Shown here piece after piece: positions 1-4,858 of a DNA stretch of 14,783 nucleotides. The position numbers and the translations under genes are program-made. This stretch comes from a virus. Its lineage: Duplodnaviria; Heunggongvirae; Uroviricota; Caudoviricetes. The first letter of the stretch is position 1. The number at the start of each line of letters is the position of its first letter. The DNA lies in the IMG/VR virus record IMGVR_UViG_3300042298_002704; one strand, given 5' to 3'. Under the pieces are notes generated by a model. The model did no database searches. It was not told where the DNA came from and saw only the letters and a list, made by a program, of their open reading frames with translations.

Positions 1-2
1 GA

Positions 3-392
3 ACTCGTTTATACGAAAGTCAACTTCAATACACAAAAGAGGAAAGGAAGGCATTTTTAGAATCCATTCGAGAGTTTGGTAATTTCAAAAAAGAACTTTT
101 CCGTGAAAGTGGAATTGTAAATGAAAAAACGGGGCGACCTGTTGCATTTAGTCAAAGGTTAAAACAAATAAGTGAAGAAATTGGTCAGTTAATTGAAACC
201 GCCGAAGCATTTACTTTACAAGAAACTGAAAATAACTTTGATAAAATTGCAGTTTCCAGAGATTTAAAAGAAATTAAAAATGATTATAAAATCTTTGAAA
301 AGGCTTGTATGGAAATGGCCGGATTACAACAAAGAGTTGAATTTACATATGAAAATATGGCAAATAAATTAGGGAGATATTATGACATCTAA
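3..392 (+). CDS. Conserved phage hypothetical protein of the head/bS21 gene cluster (5'-truncated by window edge)
   Basis: Not in the ORF track. Frame 3 is open from base 3 to TAA at 390-392 and reads TRLYESQLQYTKEERKAFLESIREF...FDKIAVSRDLKEIK...LQQRVEFTYENMANKLGRYYDI*. It looks helical and overlaps the next ATG (382) by 11 nt. Confidence 0.8.
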   Translation, partial: TRLYESQLQYTKEERKAFLESIREFGNFKKELFRESGIVNEKTGRPVAFSQRLKQISEEIGQLIETAEAFTLQETENNFDKIAVSRDLKEIKNDYKIFEKACMEMAGLQQRVEFTYENMANKLGRYYDI

Positions 393-654
393 ACCAACTA
401 AAAGACAAATCAGAATCGTAGAGCATTTTGTTAAGAAAGTAGTTTTGCGTGAAAATACTCTACATGAACAAGACTGGTTATTTAAAGGTTTTACATTTGA
501 TGACTTAATTACTGCTTTACAAAGTAATGAACGCGATATAAACGAAAATTCTGTTAAAAAGGTTTTTAAAGAATTATATAACGAATCTATGGAAAACGCT
601 CTATACGAATTGAAAACAAATATGAATCAAATAATAAAACTTGCAAGTAGATAA
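382..654 (+). CDS. Hypothetical protein, probable head-associated/internal protein with KPTKRQI...EHFVK leader
   Basis: 90-aa ORF packed into the head operon. GGGAG at 372-376 lies 5 nt before the ATG. The leader motif recurs inside the ORF at 1359. Confidence 0.7.
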   Translation: MTSKPTKRQIRIVEHFVKKVVLRENTLHEQDWLFKGFTFDDLITALQSNERDINENSVKKVFKELYNESMENALYELKTNMNQIIKLASR

Positions 655-658
655 TTAA

Positions 659-880
659 ATGCACCCAAAAAAACTAAGAAACATCGTTCCCGGAAAAGTT
701 CAATCCATCAAAGTGGTTGACAATGATTTGAGTACAGCCTTAAAGGTTTGGAAAAAAATGTTAAAAGAAAACAATACGATTGAAGATTGTTATGAAAATA
801 AGTTTTATAATAAACCTTCGCGTCAAAAAAGATTAGCAAAAAATACTGCTATTTATTTACAATCAAAAGAGGCAAAATAA
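659..880 (+). CDS. rpsU: Phage-encoded 30S ribosomal protein bS21
   Basis: 73 aa, basic. Pattern I-K-V-x-D-N-D-L-x-x-A-L-K-x-W-K-K ... F-Y-x-K-P-S-x-x-K-R matches the bS21 signature (V...ie.ALrrfKr...yeKPS..rr). It lies beside scaffold and capsid genes, the location reported for bS21-encoding large phages. Confidence 0.85.
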   Translation: MHPKKLRNIVPGKVQSIKVVDNDLSTALKVWKKMLKENNTIEDCYENKFYNKPSRQKRLAKNTAIYLQSKEAK

Positions 881-1354
881 ATGCCACCAAAAGAAGCACC
901 TCCTCAACAACCGCCAAAAGGCCAGAAACCTCAAATGGCTCCTCCCAAACAGGAACCAAAGGCTTCACCCGTCAAAAAAGAGAAACCACAACCAAAGGTT
1001 CAGAAGGATGAAACATTAAAGTTTCAAATGTCCTATGCCAATGGCGGTTTCAATAATGGTATTGAAATCAAACCTGCCAAAGATGGTAAGTTAGAATTAT
1101 CAATTACCATATATGGTGGTGGAGAAAATAAAAAATTAGGAATTTCAGGTTATAGTCCCCAAATTCAAAAATTAGTTCAAGCCTATGAAGTTGGCGCGTC
1201 TACGGAACAAAACGTTGAAGATATAACCAAAAACTTGAAACAATATTTTGAAAGAGTTAATCAGGTTCTTTCCTTGAAAGTGATTGAAATATTACAACAA
1301 ACCGATAACCAAATCAAAGAAGCAATTAAACAAACATTTAAAGAGGTAAAATAA
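881..1354 (+). CDS. Hypothetical protein with Pro/Gln/Lys-rich disordered N-terminus
   Basis: 157-aa ORF whose ATG directly follows the bS21 TAA in the same frame. The first ~42 aa are low complexity (PPKEAPPQQPPKGQKPQMAPPKQEPK). Confidence 0.7.
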   Translation: MPPKEAPPQQPPKGQKPQMAPPKQEPKASPVKKEKPQPKVQKDETLKFQMSYANGGFNNGIEIKPAKDGKLELSITIYGGGENKKLGISGYSPQIQKLVQAYEVGASTEQNVEDITKNLKQYFERVNQVLSLKVIEILQQTDNQIKEAIKQTFKEVK

Positions 1355-1358
1355 ACAA

Positions 1359-1835
1359 ATGGATGAATTTTCAACTAAAAACGTATCAAGAGAATTTTTA
1401 CGCAAAACTCTTGACTTTTTGAATAATGCGGGAATTTCATATGATTTTGACGGTCCGAACGAAACTCTACGTTTTGATATAACTGAATTGAGTAAAAAAA
1501 ATCAAGAAATAATTTTGAAACAATTTAAACCATTAAATGAATCTATGAAACCAACCAAAAGACAGATTCAAATTGCTGAACATTTTGTTAAACGGGTTTT
1601 GAGTGAAGAAAACGTTTATGGTTATTTCAAACGAAAATTTCCAGATTATGAATTAGTTCAAATAAATCATCCTACGTTTGATGATCCTGATTATTCGTAT
1701 GTAATGAAGCGTCAACGCGAACTTAAACCAGTATATATAGATGATGAGAAAGTTCCATATCATGTGGATACTAAAAATAAAATTGTTCGTTGGATGCGAA
1801 TCAACAAAAGTAATAAGCGCATTTCAAAAATATAA
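1359..1835 (+). CDS. Hypothetical protein, two-module, probable head internal protein
   Basis: 158 aa. GAGGT at 1343-1347. An internal PLNES-M-KPTKRQI...EHFVKRVLSEE (ATG at 1545) repeats the leader of the ORF at 382. Confidence 0.7.
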   Translation: MDEFSTKNVSREFLRKTLDFLNNAGISYDFDGPNETLRFDITELSKKNQEIILKQFKPLNESMKPTKRQIQIAEHFVKRVLSEENVYGYFKRKFPDYELVQINHPTFDDPDYSYVMKRQRELKPVYIDDEKVPYHVDTKNKIVRWMRINKSNKRISKI

Positions 1836-1864
1836 ATTTTACATATTTAGGTTTTCTGAAAAAC

Positions 1865-1882
1865 TTACATATTTATATTTAA
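1865..1882 (+). promoter_or_regulatory. Candidate phage late promoter TTACATATTTATATTTAA
   Basis: Lies in the only large intergenic gap of the head operon. It is 16/18 identical to TTAGATACTTATATTTAA upstream of the minus-strand GIY-YIG gene (14775-14758). Function is inferred. Confidence 0.5.
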
Positions 1883-1885
1883 TTT

Positions 1886-1950
1886 ACAGTTTTAAAATAA
1901 ACTGTCCTACCTATACAAATATTTTATTATCGAACCTTAAAATAGGTTTG
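1886..1950 (+). promoter_or_regulatory. Twin 7-bp RNA hairpins with identical UAAAAU loops in the scaffold 5' leader
   Basis: ACAGTTT-TAAAAT-AAACTGT (1886-1905) and CGAACCT-TAAAAT-AGGTTTG (1931-1950, one G-U pair). The stems differ, the loops are identical, and the spacing is 45 nt. Confidence 0.6.
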
Positions 1951-1969
1951 CTCGCCAAAAATAAAATTT

Positions 1970-1975
1970 AAGGAG
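1970..1975 (+). promoter_or_regulatory. Shine-Dalgarno sequence (AAGGAG) of scaffold gene
   Basis: AAGGAG lies 8 nt before the ATG at 1984. Confidence 0.8.
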
Positions 1976-1983
1976 TAATTTTA

Positions 1984-3012
1984 ATGGCAAAGAAGAACAT
2001 TTTAGCAGAAGCAATTGCTGATGCCAAAGATTTGCGCGAAACCGCAGTCGCAAACGCAAAAATCGCATTGGAAGAAACATTCACCCCAACTTTACAACGT
2101 TTGGTTTCAACCCGAATTCAAGAAGAAGATGAAGACGGAGAAGTTGACATTGACTTGAATTTTTCCGGTGGTGAAGATACGGCAATGGGTTTTGATACGT
2201 TTGATGACGGCGGTGACGAAGAATCTGAACCAGTAGCAGATGAAGATGAAATGGAAATGGAATCTTTAATGCGTGAACTTGACGGAATGGACGACGATGA
2301 ACCGGTCATGGAATATGATGAAGAAGAACTTGAAGAAGCACTTTCTCGTGTATTTGAAAGTGACGATGAAATGGAGTTGGACGAAGAATTTGACGGTGAA
2401 GAACTTGAAGAAGGTGAAGAAGAAGATTGGCAAGACCCTATCGGTGAAAGTTATGACGAAGAAGAACTTGAAGAAGCACTTTCTCGTGTATTTGAAATGG
2501 ATGGGCTTGGCGATGATCTTGACATGGGTGAAAATCACGAAGATGGTTCTGCATTCACTGAAAATCCTCCTTCCGGACCGCAATTCTTGGAACGTCGTAG
2601 ACTTCGCAATGAAAACGCAAAACTTAGATCACAATTGAAAAAACTGCAAAAACAACTGAATGAAAGTTTACGTGCAAATGTAACTTATAAAAAGGTTCTT
2701 AACGAAGTTAATCTATTAAATTCAAAACTTATGTATAATACCAAAGTATTGCGTAAATTTGATTTGACAGAAGGTCAGCGCGAAAGAATTCTTAACAGTT
2801 TTGACCGCGCAGGTTCGGTCCGTGAAGTTGAATTAGTTTATACCACTGTTTGTGAAGCGTTTAACAAAAAATCAACCAAGACCAGAATGACAGAAGGTTT
2901 TGCATCAAAAAATGTTAGACAGATCAATCCTTCCCGTCAAGGAAACATTGTAAATGAAGGTTTGGTTGATAGAATGCAACGTTTGGCAAACATTAAAAGA
3001 TTAGATGACTAA
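1984..3012 (+). CDS. Prohead core scaffold protein (functional analogue of T4 gp22)
   Basis: 342 aa, directly upstream of the major capsid gene. It has an N-terminal helix (LAEAIADAKDLRETAVANAKIALEETF), a very acidic disordered middle, a coiled coil (ENAKLRSQLKKLQKQLNES...LNEVNLLNSKLMY) and a C-terminal RMQRLANI tail typical of scaffolds in T4-like large phages. Confidence 0.85.
   Translation: MAKKNILAEAIADAKDLRETAVANAKIALEETFTPTLQRLVSTRIQEEDEDGEVDIDLNFSGGEDTAMGFDTFDDGGDEESEPVADEDEMEMESLMRELDGMDDDEPVMEYDEEELEEALSRVFESDDEMELDEEFDGEELEEGEEEDWQDPIGESYDEEELEEALSRVFEMDGLGDDLDMGENHEDGSAFTENPPSGPQFLERRRLRNENAKLRSQLKKLQKQLNESLRANVTYKKVLNEVNLLNSKLMYNTKVLRKFDLTEGQRERILNSFDRAGSVREVELVYTTVCEAFNKKSTKTRMTEGFASKNVRQINPSRQGNIVNEGLVDRMQRLANIKRLDD
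2314..2497 (+). repeat. 46-nt direct repeat inside the scaffold gene (2314-2359 and 2452-2497) encoding YDEEELEEALSRVFE
   Basis: The copies differ at one base (gat/gac), and the last 40 nt are identical. A partial third copy (gaagaacttgaagaag) lies at 2398-2413. Confidence 0.9.
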
Positions 3013-3014
3013 AC

Positions 3015-3050
3015 AACCTTTAAAGGTTAATTTAAACAAAAAAATAGGAG
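3015..3050 (+). promoter_or_regulatory. MCP leader: 14-bp palindrome AACCTTTAAAGGTT (3015-3028) and Shine-Dalgarno TAGGAG (3045-3050)
   Basis: Read directly from the 49-nt gap between scaffold and MCP. The SD is 11 nt from the ATG at 3062. Confidence 0.6.
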
Positions 3051-3061
3051 AAAATGAATAA

Positions 3062-4729
3062 ATGAATATTAGCGATTTGCTACCAAAAGATGCGTATGCA
3101 AACCAACGTAAACAAGCACAAATGCTGACCCGTAAGTGGGAAAAGACGGGCTTGTTGGAAGGTTTGCGCGGCGCAGAAAAAGGAAATATGGCGCAACTCT
3201 TGGAAAATCAAGCGCGCCAATTAGTAACAGAAGCAAACCAAACTGGAACCGTAGCAGGTTCGGAAGAATGGTCGGGCATTGCTCTTCCCTTGATCCGCCG
3301 TATTTTTGCGGAAGTGAGTGCAAAAGACTTCGTTTCCGTTCAGCCAATGAATATGCCTTCTGGTCTTGTATTCTGGTTGGATGTTAAATACGGAACTGGA
3401 CAGCCCGGATTTAATACCAATTCTGGGAAAGATTCTCAAAATGATAGTGTTTTCGGCGTAAGTGATCCCGCCAAAGGAACAGGTGCTTCTTACGGATGGT
3501 CTACTCCGAGTGAGGGTCTTTATGGTCCCGGACGTTTTGGTTACACTATTAATGATTATTCAAGTTCTGCATTGGGTGTCGCGGGCGCAGTGAGTTCGAC
3601 TCAATTTGTGACTGGATCGGTTTCTGCAATTGATTATAATTTCAGTTCTGAATTTTCGCAGTCAATTTTGGTAAATACCACGTCCAGATTACACAAAATT
3701 ACCGTTTCGACCGCATCTATTAGCGGGTTCGATACAGTAGGCGTTCGTGCGTTTACATTATCAAATACAACCAATAATTTGGTGTATGATATTTATAACG
3801 AATTTACTAAGTACAATAAAGACGCTGGAACGGTAACGTTCATTGTGTCGGGCGCAGCCCTTGCTGCAGCTGACCGGATTGTTGTAAATTATCACAAACA
3901 ACCAACTTCAATTACCAGAGGTGACTTTGAAGCAGGTAAAACTCAAGCTGGTTCAAACATTGATACTGATTTGGATATTCCAGAATTGAGCCTTGAATTG
4001 CGTCAAGATCCAATTGTTGCTAAAACTCGTAAGTTGAAAGCAAAATGGACTCCTGAATTTGCACAAGACTTGAATGCATACCAGAACATTGACGCTGAGG
4101 CTGAATTGACTGGTATCTTGGGCGAATATATTTCTCAGGAAATTGACCTCGAAATCTTGGATATGTTGGTTTCAGAAGCACCGAGCGCACATACCGATTA
4201 CTGGTCTACCCGTATTGGTTATGAATATAACGGTTCTTCATTTAACCCAATTACTGCCAACTTGACAGCCTACACGCAAGGAACTTGGTTCCAAACACTT
4301 GGAACTAAAATCCAGAAAATGTCAAATAGAATCCACCAAGCAACTGTTCGCGGTGGCGCAAACTTCTTGGTTTGTTCTCCGTTAGTTGCAACTATTTTGG
4401 AATCTATTCCGGGATATGCTGCCGATACTGATGGTAACCAAGCGAAATTCTCAATGGGTGTTCAAAAAATTGGTGCGTTGAATAACCGTTTCCAAGTTTA
4501 CAAAAACCCATACATGAAAGAGAATTTGATTTTGATGGGTTATCGCGGTTCGCAGTGGCTCGAGACGGGGGCCTACTACTCGCCTTATATTCCTTTGATT
4601 ATGACCCCAACAATTCTTGACCCAGACAACTTTACACCGAGAAAAGGGGTAATGACGAGGTACGCAAAAGGTGTAACTCGTCCCGAATTTTACGGTAAAT
4701 TATATGTCGAAGGATTGAACACCCTTTAA
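3062..4729 (+). CDS. gp23: Major capsid protein, T4 gp23-like
   Basis: 555 aa with gp23 motifs: KWEKTGLLEG, MAQLLENQ, LPLIRR, VQPMNMPSGLVF, AKTRKLKAKWTPEFAQDL, DAEAELT.IL...I..EID.EI, RGGANFLVCSP, GAYYSPYIPL, FTPRKGVMTRYA. A likely maturation site is LVTE/A at residue 57. Confidence 0.97.
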   Translation: MNISDLLPKDAYANQRKQAQMLTRKWEKTGLLEGLRGAEKGNMAQLLENQARQLVTEANQTGTVAGSEEWSGIALPLIRRIFAEVSAKDFVSVQPMNMPSGLVFWLDVKYGTGQPGFNTNSGKDSQNDSVFGVSDPAKGTGASYGWSTPSEGLYGPGRFGYTINDYSSSALGVAGAVSSTQFVTGSVSAIDYNFSSEFSQSILVNTTSRLHKITVSTASISGFDTVGVRAFTLSNTTNNLVYDIYNEFTKYNKDAGTVTFIVSGAALAAADRIVVNYHKQPTSITRGDFEAGKTQAGSNIDTDLDIPELSLELRQDPIVAKTRKLKAKWTPEFAQDLNAYQNIDAEAELTGILGEYISQEIDLEILDMLVSEAPSAHTDYWSTRIGYEYNGSSFNPITANLTAYTQGTWFQTLGTKIQKMSNRIHQATVRGGANFLVCSPLVATILESIPGYAADTDGNQAKFSMGVQKIGALNNRFQVYKNPYMKENLILMGYRGSQWLETGAYYSPYIPLIMTPTILDPDNFTPRKGVMTRYAKGVTRPEFYGKLYVEGLNTL

Positions 4730-4757
4730 TTTTTGATAATTAACTGGTTTTAAAATT

Positions 4758-4791
4758 GGCTTAACTCATTAATTTGGGTTAAGCCTTTTTT
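4758..4791 (+). terminator. Intrinsic terminator of the head operon
   Basis: GGCTTAACTCA-TTAATT-TGGGTTAAGCC (11-bp stem, one U-G pair) followed by TTTTTT, 28 nt after the MCP stop. Confidence 0.85.
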
Positions 4792-4812
4792 GTTATTGAG
4801 ATGTTAAACAAT

Positions 4813-4843
4813 TTTGAAAATTGAAATATTATACATATCTTTG
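4813..4843 (+). promoter_or_regulatory. Bacteroidota housekeeping-sigma promoter (-33 TTTG / -7 TAnnTTTG)
   Basis: TTTG (4813-4816), a 19-nt spacer and TATCTTTG (4836-4843), ending 15 nt before the ATG at 4859. It matches the established Bacteroides/Flavobacterium consensus. Confidence 0.75.
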
Positions 4844-4858
4844 TAAAAACATTAAAAT

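Noticed and set aside
1741-1971. 76-aa plus-strand ORF
   Set aside because: It overlaps ORF 1359 out of frame and runs through the AT-rich regulatory gap with F/L/I/K-biased composition, so it is likely a chance ORF.
2118-2638. Alternative-frame and antisense ORFs inside the scaffold (2118-2309, 2266-2583, 2273-2638)
   Set aside because: They are shadows of the GAA/GAT-rich acidic coding sequence (poly-Ser, poly-Phe and Lys-rich translations).
3054-3065. Mini-ORF ATG AAT AAA TGA overlapping the MCP start
   Set aside because: It arises from an ATGAATA duplication, and the SD is only 3 nt from this ATG. There is too little evidence for a regulatory role.
3069-3439. Three overlapping ORFs within the capsid gene
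   Set aside because: They lie fully inside a well-supported gene and have no motifs or initiation signals.
4741-4760. TTT-TAAAAT after the MCP stop as a further UAAAAU hairpin
   Set aside because: The flanks do not pair around the loop, and the adjacent hairpin is explained as a terminator.
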